A stretch of DNA of 64,000 bases from Leptonemataceae bacterium (GTDB taxonomy: Bacteria; Spirochaetota; Leptospiria; Leptospirales; Leptonemataceae): the NCBI GenBank assembly GCA_965227295.1, contig OZ245742.1, positions 1,728,001-1,792,000 on the forward strand, given 5' to 3'. Of this stretch, positions 22,120-31,519 are shown piece after piece. Below the pieces are notes generated by a model. The model did no database searches. It worked only from the letters and a program-made list of their open reading frames with translations, and was not told where the DNA came from. Position 1 is the first letter of the stretch. Every line of letters starts with the position of its first letter. The position numbers and the translations under genes are program-made.

Positions 22120-22728
22120 ATGAACCGCAAGTTCACTCTGATTCTCACGGTCGTCGTCGCCCTCGGGCTGGCGACGACCGTGTATTTTGTCCTCTCCGGC
22201 ACTGGTGACGAGGCTGCTGTTCTCGACGGCGCTTCCTCCGCCGCGGATTCCGGAGGCAGTCTGGCGAATCTCTTCGGCGCCGCGGACGCGGACTCCTCGG
22301 AATTCGGTTCCCTGGCTTTCGAACGAAACGCCCTCACGAATGAGGCTTACACGCCGGAGCAGATTGAGCGGATCGAGTACCTGGCCGGACAGTTCCCGGA
22401 CAACGTGCTCATTCCGCGGCCGGAGGGAGATCCGGAGCGGCAGCGCCGGGAAGAAGAGGCCCGCCGGGCGCAGAGACTTCAGGAACGCATTACGGCGGGC
22501 GAGGCGGATACCGGCGACGTCGGCGAATACTTCGAGTACCGAACGACGGTGCTGGATGATCGTCTGGAGCTGATCGATTTCGTTCTGGCCGAGGACCAGT
22601 GGCCCGAGGAAGTACGGCGTCGCTACGTCAGCATGCGTGAGTACAACAAAGAAGCCCGGGAACGCCTGGAGGATCAACGGCGCCGTACCATTGAGGCGCT
22701 CGAGGTTCGTTCCGTTTCGACTCCGTAA
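22120..22728 (+). CDS. Membrane-anchored helical protein, possible chaperone of the upstream hydrolase
   Basis: Single N-terminal TM helix, a low-complexity linker, a FPDN.LIP motif and charged helices. Confidence 0.65.
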   Translation: MNRKFTLILTVVVALGLATTVYFVLSGTGDEAAVLDGASSAADSGGSLANLFGAADADSSEFGSLAFERNALTNEAYTPEQIERIEYLAGQFPDNVLIPRPEGDPERQRREEEARRAQRLQERITAGEADTGDVGEYFEYRTTVLDDRLELIDFVLAEDQWPEEVRRRYVSMREYNKEARERLEDQRRRTIEALEVRSVSTP

Positions 22729-22738
22729 CTTTCGCTGA

Positions 22739-24229
22739 TCAATCCTTCGTTTCCAGGGCTGCCTGCATCTGCGCGTGCAGTCGTGCCAGGTCTGCTTCGC
22801 CGTCGAGTCCGAAATACTCCAGTGTCCGTAGATCGCTGTAAATGCACGGATGATCGTTCGGTGCCAGTTCACGTTTCACGAATGTGTCCGCGAGATGGAC
22901 GACGTGTACAAGTTCCGGAATATCTTCGAGCGCCGACGGAATTTCATAATAGCGCAGAGCCTGAACGAGTTCCGGCGCCAGGTTTCGGTGTTCGGCGAGC
23001 CGGGCACTGCACTCCGGGGCGGAGATGCCGATCTGTAGCTCGGCGCTCTGATGTCGGCGCCAATCCGTGGCCGACCGGTCGGCAAGCCGGCGCAGGAAGC
23101 CGTAGCCGATGTTGCGTAAGAGGGCGGCGGTGCCGGCAACGTCTGCGGTCGTATCGTTGCAGGAGCGTTGGGCGAGTTCGCGGGCCATCCGGGCTCCGCG
23201 CACAGTGGCCGCGTAACCCGGGGCGGTGGAAACCGGAGATGAATCCTGGTTCGCTTCCAGTTCCGCAAAGTTACGATAAAGTAAAGTTAGGCGATCGGGA
23301 TGCGAGTCTTCCAGGGCCCGGGCAGCGGCGGCCAGAGAGAGGAACCGGGAGCCCGTGTGCGTCTGTGCCGTGGTCAGGACGGCCAGGGCCAGTCCCGGGT
23401 CTGTCTCGATGAGGCTGCGGTACTCCGCCGGGGCGGCGTTTCTCGCGAGTAACTCGTGCAGGGCCGCGGGGGTCCCCTGGGCCGGCGGCAGAAACGCCGG
23501 GGATTCCGTGGCAAACTGCCCGCGCTCCTCCAGCTTGTGCGAATAGTGACGGATATCGGTGGGGATGATCAGGCGCGAGCTACAGGTTGAGCCTCCCAGA
23601 TCAAAGTGGAAGTTTTTCGTGCCGATCCCCGACTCCCGCAAGAGCGAAAACGACAGCAGAATGCCCAGGCCCGCACCTTCGGCTCCCGCCCGGGCCTGTT
23701 CAAGTTCTGCGATGAAGCTGGTCATCCGTTCGGCGCGTTCCCATTTTTCTTTGATCTTCCCACGTTCCGCTTCCGTAATGTCGCCGGCGCTGCTGATTGT
23801 GATCTGGATATCGTCGACGTTTATGATTTCAAGGGTAATGCTGAGTCCCGGTCCGTTATGCCGCAACCGGGCGTCGCACTGTTCCGGTTCCGCGAGCGTG
23901 TCCGGAAACGTGGCCATGCCGCGCTCGTAGTCTTCGCTTGTGTGAATGTCAAGACCCAGGGCGGCGAAGTGCGCGCGTTTGAGATTTGCTTTATAGGCGT
24001 TGGATACGCATTCACTGATTACGGCCATGGCCGAGTTGCGCAGAAAGGAGAGGCCTCGCCGGGCGAGTAAGAAATACAGCGCGTGAAAGACCACGGCGAC
24101 ATACGGTTCCGCGAGGGTCGTGAAATCCAGCCGAGCCCGGCCGGTGGCCAGCAATGCATCGACGCACTGCCGCTTGCACTCATCTACGGAGCGGGGCGAT
24201 TCGGGATTTGTACCGAATACCGTCATCAC
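22739..24229 (-). CDS. HATPase_c-like plus HDOD domain protein
   Basis: E.VSNA.KAN and GAGLG boxes, then an HDOD-like region (IETDPGLA..VL; ALLRNIG; VHLAD). Confidence 0.7.
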   Translation of the reverse strand: MMTVFGTNPESPRSVDECKRQCVDALLATGRARLDFTTLAEPYVAVVFHALYFLLARRGLSFLRNSAMAVISECVSNAYKANLKRAHFAALGLDIHTSEDYERGMATFPDTLAEPEQCDARLRHNGPGLSITLEIINVDDIQITISSAGDITEAERGKIKEKWERAERMTSFIAELEQARAGAEGAGLGILLSFSLLRESGIGTKNFHFDLGGSTCSSRLIIPTDIRHYSHKLEERGQFATESPAFLPPAQGTPAALHELLARNAAPAEYRSLIETDPGLALAVLTTAQTHTGSRFLSLAAAARALEDSHPDRLTLLYRNFAELEANQDSSPVSTAPGYAATVRGARMARELAQRSCNDTTADVAGTAALLRNIGYGFLRRLADRSATDWRRHQSAELQIGISAPECSARLAEHRNLAPELVQALRYYEIPSALEDIPELVHVVHLADTFVKRELAPNDHPCIYSDLRTLEYFGLDGEADLARLHAQMQAALETKD

Positions 24230-24245
24230 CCGTCTTCCTCACAAC

Positions 24246-24584
24246 CTAGGAACCGCCGCCGTCGAGTTCGCTTTCTTCGTCGGCAGTCTTGAAGATTCCG
24301 CCCAACTGTGCCGTTTCCATAATTCGCTGCACCGGCCCGCGAACGCGCAGCAGTACGAACTGACCGCCGGCGGTGGTCACGCGTCGCCGAAAGTGCGAGA
24401 GCAGGGCAAGGCCGCTGGAGTCGAGGGCGCTCACCCGGCCGACGTCCACCGCTAACTTCAGCATATCTTCTTTTAAGACGTGCGCCGCGGACTCTTTGAT
24501 TTTCGGAGAAGTGCGGAAGTCAAGCTCGCCGCTCAGGACAATGATCTTCCAGTCACCGGCTGCTTCCCGGATTTCCTCGATCAT
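24246..24584 (-). CDS. STAS domain anti-sigma factor antagonist
   Basis: LSGELD and LDSSGL motifs. The ATG overlaps the MerR stop (ATGA). Confidence 0.88.
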   Translation of the reverse strand: MIEEIREAAGDWKIIVLSGELDFRTSPKIKESAAHVLKEDMLKLAVDVGRVSALDSSGLALLSHFRRRVTTAGGQFVLLRVRGPVQRIMETAQLGGIFKTADEESELDGGGS

Positions 24585-25393
24585 TTCGTTTCTCCCTGCG
24601 CGATGATTCTGATGGGCATCTGGATTTCGGTTTCGATCTCGCCTGGCGCTCCGCTGCGAACATGAATCTCGCGGATTTGGCCGTTGATGGGGCATTCGTG
24701 TTCGTAGCTCCAGTCGAAGAGCCGTTCGTAGCAGTGGCCCAGTTCCGAGCGGTCCCCGCGGTGCCGGACACAGGCCATATTGCCGCCGGGCAACTCGCGA
24801 ATGGAGTACGGATCCGACATCTGCGGCTGTTCCAGTACGGGTACCGCCACTTCAACGTGGGGATCGTCGGTGCTCTGTTCGTCACCCCAGAGAAAGAGGG
24901 GCGAGCCTTCGATGGTGAAACTTGACTTATCCGCGAATTTGAGGAGGGCTTCGATGTGCTCCGGGACGTCGGTGTAGGTTCCGGGGCGGCGCATGGATAA
25001 CACCCGGCGCGCGGGAATTTCAATGACGTTCACCGATGCCGTGAAGGGCTCTTCGTCCGCGAAGCGCAGGTCGCGGATTTCACGTTGAAGCCGCTGAATA
25101 CTCTTCAGCCGCTCGGCCAACCAGCTCTCTTTGCTTTCCAGGGCTTTGAGGAGGGCCGCCGGGTTGCCGTCCTTTTCGTGCTGGAGGACGGTTTTGATTT
25201 CCTGGATCGAAAGATCGCAATCGCGGTAGGTCTTAATCCTGCGTGCCGTAAGGATTTGATGACGCTTGTAGTACCGGTAACCCGTGCTTTCGTCGGTGAT
25301 AGCAGGATTCAACAATCCCACTTCGTCGTAGTATCGTAAGGTCTTCGCAGGCAGACCGGTGATGCCGGAAAACTGGCCGATCGTGTAAAGCAT
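24581..25393 (-). CDS. MerR-family regulator with GyrI-like effector domain
   Basis: YTIGQFS...TLRYYD.VGLL.P...GYRYY, followed by a C-terminal GyrI-like domain (H.G....L...Y..L..W). Confidence 0.9.
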   Translation of the reverse strand: MLYTIGQFSGITGLPAKTLRYYDEVGLLNPAITDESTGYRYYKRHQILTARRIKTYRDCDLSIQEIKTVLQHEKDGNPAALLKALESKESWLAERLKSIQRLQREIRDLRFADEEPFTASVNVIEIPARRVLSMRRPGTYTDVPEHIEALLKFADKSSFTIEGSPLFLWGDEQSTDDPHVEVAVPVLEQPQMSDPYSIRELPGGNMACVRHRGDRSELGHCYERLFDWSYEHECPINGQIREIHVRSGAPGEIETEIQMPIRIIAQGETK

Positions 25394-25484
25394 GGTTTCG
25401 GGAGGTTGCGCCGGGCGCAATCCTCGAAAGATCGTCCGCGCGCCGCGAGAGCGCAAGACGAATTTATTTTGATCCACGCAATCC

Positions 25485-27032
25485 TCAGAATACGAAGTAG
25501 ATGAACTGGTGGCTGCCCACGGCGGTGGCAGGCATCACCAATCCGCCGACGACGGCCCCCGTGATTAGGAGTAGCCAGGGATCGTAGCGACGCAGGCGTT
25601 CCAGGAAAGCCGGCGAGGTTTCGCGGTACTGGACGATGTGAAAAAAGACGACGCCCAGGGTCATGACAAAGATCGGCTCCCAGTTGGACAGGCTGCGCAG
25701 GGTGAATACATCTTCGCCGAAGACATGCTGTGCATGGGTCGGATCGCCGCCGCCCGCGATGAAGTCCTGCAGGGCCGCGGCGGGCCAGTGAGTGAACAGG
25801 CCGCCGAAGATTTCCGCCATGATCCATCCCGACGAATAAAAGCGACCGTCGGCGTACTCCACGGGGTTCGAGCGAAACATGAGCGCGCCGAGGCAGAAGA
25901 GCCAGAACATGAACAGGATCTTCATCGTGATCAGCACGCGGTTTTTACGCGGCGTCGTATTGATGCCCAGGTCGTCTTCGACGAATCGTTCGATGGCCAG
26001 CAGCAGGCCCCAGAAGGCGCCCCAGGCCACATAGGTGTAATCGGCGCCGTGCCACAGTCCGCCGAGCGTGAACGTCACGGCCAGGTTGAAGTATGTTCGC
26101 CAGTGGCTCACGCGATTGCCGCCGAGGGGAATGTAGATGTAGTCGCGCAGCCAGGTGGCCAGGGTGATGTGCCAGCGCTGCCAGAGTTCCCGCGCGCTCT
26201 TCGAGAAATACGGCGCCCGAAAGTTTTCGGGGATGTCGTAGCCCAGGTTCTTCGCCACGCCGCGAGCAATGTCCGTGTAACCGGAGAAGTCGCAGTACAC
26301 CTGAATCGAAAAGCACATGCCGGCGAGCATTAACGACCAGGCGTTGTAAGTTTGCGGCTCGCGAAAGACCGGCGCCAGGATGATCCCCATGGGATCTGCG
26401 AAGACGACCTTCTTTACGAGGCCGCCGAGAATCAACCAGAGCCCGTCGTACATGCGTCGCCGGTCGATGGACGGCGAATCGATCTGATCGATGAAGTCCG
26501 TCGAGCGCATGATGGGCCCGGCGATGAGCTGCGGAAAAAAGAGAATGAACAAGAAGAACCGCGCCGGTCCCGGATCGCGTTCGATGTGCCCGCGATGTAC
26601 ATCCACGACGTAGGCCGTGAGCTGGAACGTGTAAAAACTGATCGCGAGCGGGAGAAAGAGATCGATCTCTGCCGCGGCCTCGGGTACGGGAATGCCGGCG
26701 TCTTCCAGAATGCGCCGCAGAAAATCGAAGTACTTAAAGATGCCCAGGTTCAGCAGGTTCAGTACGACGATGATCTTGATGAAAACATCTTTGCGAGACT
26801 GGCTGCGTGCCCCGAGCAACAAACGCGAGAAGGCGTAGTTCAACGCCACCATGAACAGGAAGTGCGCCGTCCAGCGCAGGCCCCACCAGCCCTCGGACTG
26901 CAAACCCCAGGTGGCATAAAAAACGATCGAAGCAAAGATCAGGAAATACTGACGCAGGCGACCGCCGACGTTCCAGTAGACCGTGTAAACGATCGCAATG
27001 AAAAAGAGAAATACGAAGGAGTTGAAGAGCAT
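25485..27032 (-). CDS. MBOAT family O-acyltransferase (AlgI/DltB-like)
   Basis: MLFNS..F, LPLAISFYTFQ, FPQLIAGPI, DFSGYTD, W.RWHI.L..WLRDYIYIPLGG and GLWHGA motifs. Confidence 0.92.
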   Translation of the reverse strand: MLFNSFVFLFFIAIVYTVYWNVGGRLRQYFLIFASIVFYATWGLQSEGWWGLRWTAHFLFMVALNYAFSRLLLGARSQSRKDVFIKIIVVLNLLNLGIFKYFDFLRRILEDAGIPVPEAAAEIDLFLPLAISFYTFQLTAYVVDVHRGHIERDPGPARFFLFILFFPQLIAGPIMRSTDFIDQIDSPSIDRRRMYDGLWLILGGLVKKVVFADPMGIILAPVFREPQTYNAWSLMLAGMCFSIQVYCDFSGYTDIARGVAKNLGYDIPENFRAPYFSKSARELWQRWHITLATWLRDYIYIPLGGNRVSHWRTYFNLAVTFTLGGLWHGADYTYVAWGAFWGLLLAIERFVEDDLGINTTPRKNRVLITMKILFMFWLFCLGALMFRSNPVEYADGRFYSSGWIMAEIFGGLFTHWPAAALQDFIAGGGDPTHAQHVFGEDVFTLRSLSNWEPIFVMTLGVVFFHIVQYRETSPAFLERLRRYDPWLLLITGAVVGGLVMPATAVGSHQFIYFVF

Positions 27033-27067
27033 CGAAAGTGGATAAGAAAAAATCTAAGTCCGCGCTG

Positions 27068-28099
27068 CTATAAATACGGTCGCACACACTCCGCCACAAT
27101 GGGCACGAATTCTTCCACGGCCCGTTCCAGATCCATGGAGAGCGTGGCTCCGCAGGCATTGCGATGTCCGCCGCCGCCGTAGCGTTTGACCGCCGGCAAG
27201 AGATCCACTTCGCCCTTCGAACGCAGGGACGCCTTGGTGCGATCGGCGTCGCGTTCCGTGAAGAGCACGGCGGCCAGAATCTCGTCGGCTTCAATGAGTT
27301 CGTTCAGGATGCCGTCCAGATCATCGAAACTCGCGGAGACTTCGTCGAGCTGGCGGCGGCGAATGCTGAACCAGGCGATGCGGCGTTCTTCATCCACCCG
27401 CATGGAATCGTACAACAGGCGCCGCCCCCACAGCCGGCTGACGTTCCAGCTGGAAAACAAACGGTCGCCCATGTCCGCCGGGTTGACGCCCAGTTCCAGC
27501 AGGCGCGCGGCCACGCGATGGGTCTCGGGTTTCGTCTTCTGATAGCGAAAGTGGCCGGTATCCACCACCATGCCGGCGTAGATCGATGCGGCGATCTTGC
27601 TGTCCAGCTCCACGCCGGCCTTGCACAGCAGGTGATAGACCATCTCGGACGTGGAGCCGGCGTCGGCGTCCAGGAAGACCGAGCGAAAATCCGACGGCAG
27701 CCCGTCGTGGTGGTCGATGACCACTAAGTTCGAACGATCATCACTTACGTAAGAGCCCGCGTCGCCGGAGCGTTGCAGGTCCGAGTTATCCAGAAAAACC
27801 ACCGTGCGGCCGTTCAGTTCCTCGCGCGGGATGTTCATGCTCGCGTCTTTGACACGGCGGTCCGGGTCCAGGAAGCGATAGCGCAGCGGCACCGGATCGT
27901 GATTGTAAATGATGACGTCCTTGCCCATTTCACGCAGCAGGTAGTCCAGGGCGAGTTCCGCGCCGATGCCGTCGGGATCCGGGCCGCGGTGCGTTGTTAA
28001 CAGGAAACGATCTCCGGCTAAGAGGCGTTCCAGCAGGTTCCCGTAGAGCTGTTCGCTCAGGTCTTCGGCGCTGCTGTCTACGGTACCGAGCGTGCTCAC
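27068..28099 (-). CDS. nrnA: DHH/DHHA1 phosphoesterase (NrnA-like oligoribonuclease/pAp phosphatase)
   Basis: H..PDPDG, IDHH, DTG.F and GGGH..A.G motifs. Confidence 0.85.
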   Translation of the reverse strand: MSTLGTVDSSAEDLSEQLYGNLLERLLAGDRFLLTTHRGPDPDGIGAELALDYLLREMGKDVIIYNHDPVPLRYRFLDPDRRVKDASMNIPREELNGRTVVFLDNSDLQRSGDAGSYVSDDRSNLVVIDHHDGLPSDFRSVFLDADAGSTSEMVYHLLCKAGVELDSKIAASIYAGMVVDTGHFRYQKTKPETHRVAARLLELGVNPADMGDRLFSSWNVSRLWGRRLLYDSMRVDEERRIAWFSIRRRQLDEVSASFDDLDGILNELIEADEILAAVLFTERDADRTKASLRSKGEVDLLPAVKRYGGGGHRNACGATLSMDLERAVEEFVPIVAECVRPYL

Positions 28100-29559
28100 T
28101 TCTGTCCTCCCATCCGTTCCAGAGATGCAATCAACTCTTTCGCCTTCGCGCGCAACGTTTCCGCTTCGTTTTCCAGTTCGTCGGCTTTCACCAGGTCGAG
28201 CAGTTGTTGGAGCACGTCGCCCATACGCGGTCCGGGTTTCATGCCGAGTTCCATGAGGCCGTGCCCGTCGATGCGGAGATTACGGATCTTCAGCTCGGCC
28301 TCTTCGGCGCGGATGCGTTCAATGTGCCGCATGAGATCTTTGATCGCCCGGGGCAGTGCATGATGTTTGCCCGAGCCTTTGCGATCGGCCAGGCGCAACG
28401 TGATGAGATCTTCCAGGGCTTCCGGCGCAACCTTGCGTACGAAGCGACGCACGGCACGATCGGTCCACTCGCTGGTGTAGTGGAACATGTGATTGCGCAC
28501 GAGGAACTTCACGTGTTTGATGAGCTGCGGCGGGAAACCGAAGCGCTTGAGAATGCGATCGGTGTGCTTTGTGCTCACCACCTCGTGATTGTGGAACGTG
28601 GCCTCGCCGTTGCGCTGCACGCGCCGCGTATCGACCTTGCCCAGATCGTGAAAGAGGGCCGAGAGGCGCAGGGGCAGATTGGGCCCGTCCACCGCATCGC
28701 AGCTGTAGATGCTGTGAAAGAAGATGTCGTGTTTGTGATAGCGGTTCTGCGAAAGATCGCGGCCGGCGGCGAGCTCCGGCAGAAACCACTGGAGCAGGCC
28801 GATCTCATCGAGATACAAAAAGGCCCGGCTGGGCTTCGCGCCGCAGATGAGCTTCTTGAACTGGCGGCCGAGGAAGCGGCGACCCAGTTGCTGCAATTCT
28901 TTTTCGAATTCCGGGCGAGCAGAGTCCATGCGCAGGTCTTCCAGCAAGGCCTCGTCCAGGGAGAAATCCAGCATGGACGTGAGTACGGTGATGCGCACAA
29001 TGTCCGCGGCACTCAGCGGGCCGGCTGGCCCGTCCGCGCGACGTAGGATTCCCGCTTCCAGGTCGGCCAGGCCCTGCTCATCGCCGGTCCAGGCGTTTTC
29101 GCCGGCATCGAACCGGAGGCGATCGATGGTAAAGATGGGGCCGTCTTCCCGGGAAGTCTCTTCGGTCGCGGCGGCTGCTCCGGCGTCGAAAACGATGCAG
29201 TGAAAGGCCGCTTCTTTCGCCCGGGCGTCCTCGTCGCGGGTGAGCGCGTTGCGCGGCGCCTCGGAGTCCGGAAACTCCAGCAGGAATTTGATTTCGTGCG
29301 GGAGCAGCAGCGGGCCGTCCGCCGCCGGCGATGCGTGCAGGACCGCCGCATTCTTTGAGCTGGAAAAACGCTCGTTGAGGCGCTGGAATTCCGCGGGTTC
29401 CGCGGCGATGCGGGCCACCGGAACGCGTGCGCGAATGAACTTGAGGCTCTGGCCGGATACCGGGGCGCGGACGTCCATCTCACTCAGCCAGTTCAGCAGG
29501 CTTTCGGGAGGATGAACCGGCGCAACAGCCGGGCGGTGGCGTGTAATCGTCGTAGTCAC
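28096..29559 (-). CDS. CCA-adding-enzyme-like protein with degenerate NTase head and intact HD domain
   Basis: GLL...LPEL, Q.N.YH..D.F.H, ALFHDLGK and IDG..LM.LG.KPGP..G motifs. The start is uncertain; GTG 29559 was chosen to avoid overlap with hpt. Confidence 0.8.
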   Translation of the reverse strand: MTTTITRHRPAVAPVHPPESLLNWLSEMDVRAPVSGQSLKFIRARVPVARIAAEPAEFQRLNERFSSSKNAAVLHASPAADGPLLLPHEIKFLLEFPDSEAPRNALTRDEDARAKEAAFHCIVFDAGAAAATEETSREDGPIFTIDRLRFDAGENAWTGDEQGLADLEAGILRRADGPAGPLSAADIVRITVLTSMLDFSLDEALLEDLRMDSARPEFEKELQQLGRRFLGRQFKKLICGAKPSRAFLYLDEIGLLQWFLPELAAGRDLSQNRYHKHDIFFHSIYSCDAVDGPNLPLRLSALFHDLGKVDTRRVQRNGEATFHNHEVVSTKHTDRILKRFGFPPQLIKHVKFLVRNHMFHYTSEWTDRAVRRFVRKVAPEALEDLITLRLADRKGSGKHHALPRAIKDLMRHIERIRAEEAELKIRNLRIDGHGLMELGMKPGPRMGDVLQQLLDLVKADELENEAETLRAKAKELIASLERMGGQK

Positions 29560-29643
29560 GTTTAGATGGAAGGGGAAAAATAAATTCGGTGCAAGTCTAC
29601 CGTATACCAAAAAATAAGACGAATTATTCCGGGCAACCAGGCA

Positions 29644-30204
29644 TTGAGAAACCAGTACGGGCAGCGCATTCTCGTGAGCCGTGAAGAGATCGCGACGGCG
29701 GTGGAACACATGGGCGCGGCGATTTCCCGGGATTACTCCGGACGGCAACTGACGCTGATCGGCGCGCTGAAGGGCTGCTACGTTTTCATGGCCGACCTGG
29801 CCCGGGCCATCCGGCTGCCGCTCTTCATCGATTTTCTGGAGGTCTCCTCGTACGGCGACGAGACGGAGTCCTCCGGCATTGTGAAGATTACGAAGGATTT
29901 CCAGCACAGCATTACCGGTCAGCACGTCATCGTCGTGGAGGACCTGGTGGATACGGGGCTTACCCTGAATCATCTCATGGAACTCATGGAAACGCGCCGG
30001 CCCGCATCCCTGGCCATCGCCGCCCTGTTGGTGAAACGCGAGAAGCAGCAGCTCCGATATCCCCTACAGTACTACGGCTACGACATCGGGGATGAATTCG
30101 TGGTCGGCTACGGCATGGATTACAGCGGCTTCTTCCGGAATCTCGACCACGTGGCGGTCTGGGAGCCGGATATGCAGCTTCCGGCCGGCGCCCGGGATGC
30201 CTGA
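29644..30204 (+). CDS. hpt: Hypoxanthine phosphoribosyltransferase
   Basis: LKG...F.ADL, SSY, VIVVEDLVDTGLTL and FVVGYGMDY motifs. Confidence 0.93.
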   Translation: MRNQYGQRILVSREEIATAVEHMGAAISRDYSGRQLTLIGALKGCYVFMADLARAIRLPLFIDFLEVSSYGDETESSGIVKITKDFQHSITGQHVIVVEDLVDTGLTLNHLMELMETRRPASLAIAALLVKREKQQLRYPLQYYGYDIGDEFVVGYGMDYSGFFRNLDHVAVWEPDMQLPAGARDA

Positions 30205-30366
30205 AAATGTAGGAACTCCTACGGATTATGTCGCATAAGCCGGGAAAATGTGTAAGTTGTAACTAAAAACTGCAGATTTTTGATTGTTTCCGGCCCCGGA
30301 CTGTCTTATCTGACTCATGTACCTGAAATCGTTCGACGATGTATGAATCGAACGGGGAGGTTCGCC

Positions 30367-30702
30367 ATGAACCTGAACATTGTACCTATGGATGTGATTG
30401 AGTCTCAAGCCCGGAACGCTCTGGATGCAGGCATTGGTCTGTATCACACCGTCCGCTGCCGGATCGAAGAGCTGGAGCAGGACGTCCAGACCGCGGTCTC
30501 CAGCGCCCGGGACGTCTTCGAGGACCTGGTCACCCAGGGCGCCGCCGAGCAAAGCGGTACGGCCGTCCGGTTGCGGGGGCTTCTTGATGAAGGGATTGAT
30601 TACGTCAGCCAGTCTCGCTGGAAAGACGATCGTCGCTCCGGCTACGAAAGCATTACCGAGCCCCTGCGTCGCCGCGGCGAGTGGCCGTCTTCTTTCGATT
30701 AA
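30367..30702 (+). CDS. Small coiled-coil protein, phasin-related
   Basis: GGAGG RBS and a pattern (L.AGIGL......F.DLV..G) reminiscent of phasin-like proteins. Confidence 0.5.
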   Translation: MNLNIVPMDVIESQARNALDAGIGLYHTVRCRIEELEQDVQTAVSSARDVFEDLVTQGAAEQSGTAVRLRGLLDEGIDYVSQSRWKDDRRSGYESITEPLRRRGEWPSSFD

Positions 30703-30802
30703 ATTGATGGTATCGCCGAACGTAGTAAGTTTTTTTTATCGATAAAGCTGATAAATAAAATTTACTAATTGCTCCGTGAGGCGAGCGGGCAACCTTGCCC
30801 CC

Positions 30803-31504
30803 ATGGGAAGGTTTGCCGCGCCGACCCGGTTTGCCGGGTTATTGCCGGTGGTGCTGTTGCTGACGACCGCGTGCCTCGACGGTCAGGAGTGCAGTTCTAC
30901 CGATATCTCCTGCAACGAACTCAGCCTGGCCGTGCTCGGTGGGCTTGTGCAGACGCAGAGCGAGAGTGCGTCTGCTTCGCCCGAGTCCGGTAGTGACGGC
31001 AGTGGCTCCGGGGGCAACGGTATCCCGGCCTTCCGCCACATTTATCTCATAATCACCCCCAAAGACGGCAACCTGGGCGGTATCACCGGCGCGGACGCCG
31101 CCTGCCTGGCGGACAATCCCGGTTTATCCGGAACGTTTCGAGCCATGATTGTCGACGGCGCTGCGCGCATTGCGTCGGTGACGGCGAATGCCGGAGACGG
31201 CCAGATGGACTGGGTCTTGCAGGCCAATACTGAATACCGTCGACAGGATGGAACCACTGTCGTCGGCACAACGAATTCCGCGGCACTCTTTACGTTTCCC
31301 CTGGACAACGCCTTCGGTTCCGGGCCGGCCTGGACCGGCCTCGATACGGACTGGACCGCGCATCCGGACAACTGCACGAACTGGGGGGTGACCACCGGTA
31401 ACGGCAGCAGCGGCAACTCCGGACAGGTTTCCCAGCAGGCGATTCGGCAGAACTCCCCGGGGTGTTCCTCGCTGCGTTCGTTGATCTGCGTGGAAGTTCC
31501 CTGA
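30803..31504 (+). CDS. DUF1554 (Len/endostatin-like) lipoprotein
   Basis: Lipobox LTTAC and the motifs DGNLGGITGADAAC, DWVL.ANT.Y.R.DG, WTGL and LICVE. Confidence 0.85.
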   Translation: MGRFAAPTRFAGLLPVVLLLTTACLDGQECSSTDISCNELSLAVLGGLVQTQSESASASPESGSDGSGSGGNGIPAFRHIYLIITPKDGNLGGITGADAACLADNPGLSGTFRAMIVDGAARIASVTANAGDGQMDWVLQANTEYRRQDGTTVVGTTNSAALFTFPLDNAFGSGPAWTGLDTDWTAHPDNCTNWGVTTGNGSSGNSGQVSQQAIRQNSPGCSSLRSLICVEVP

Positions 31505-31519
31505 ATTCCGAACCGGTCT

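Noticed and set aside
29560-29973. N-terminal extension of the 625 aa HD ORF
   Set aside because: It overlaps hpt on the opposite strand, so the true start is likely at or downstream of 29559.
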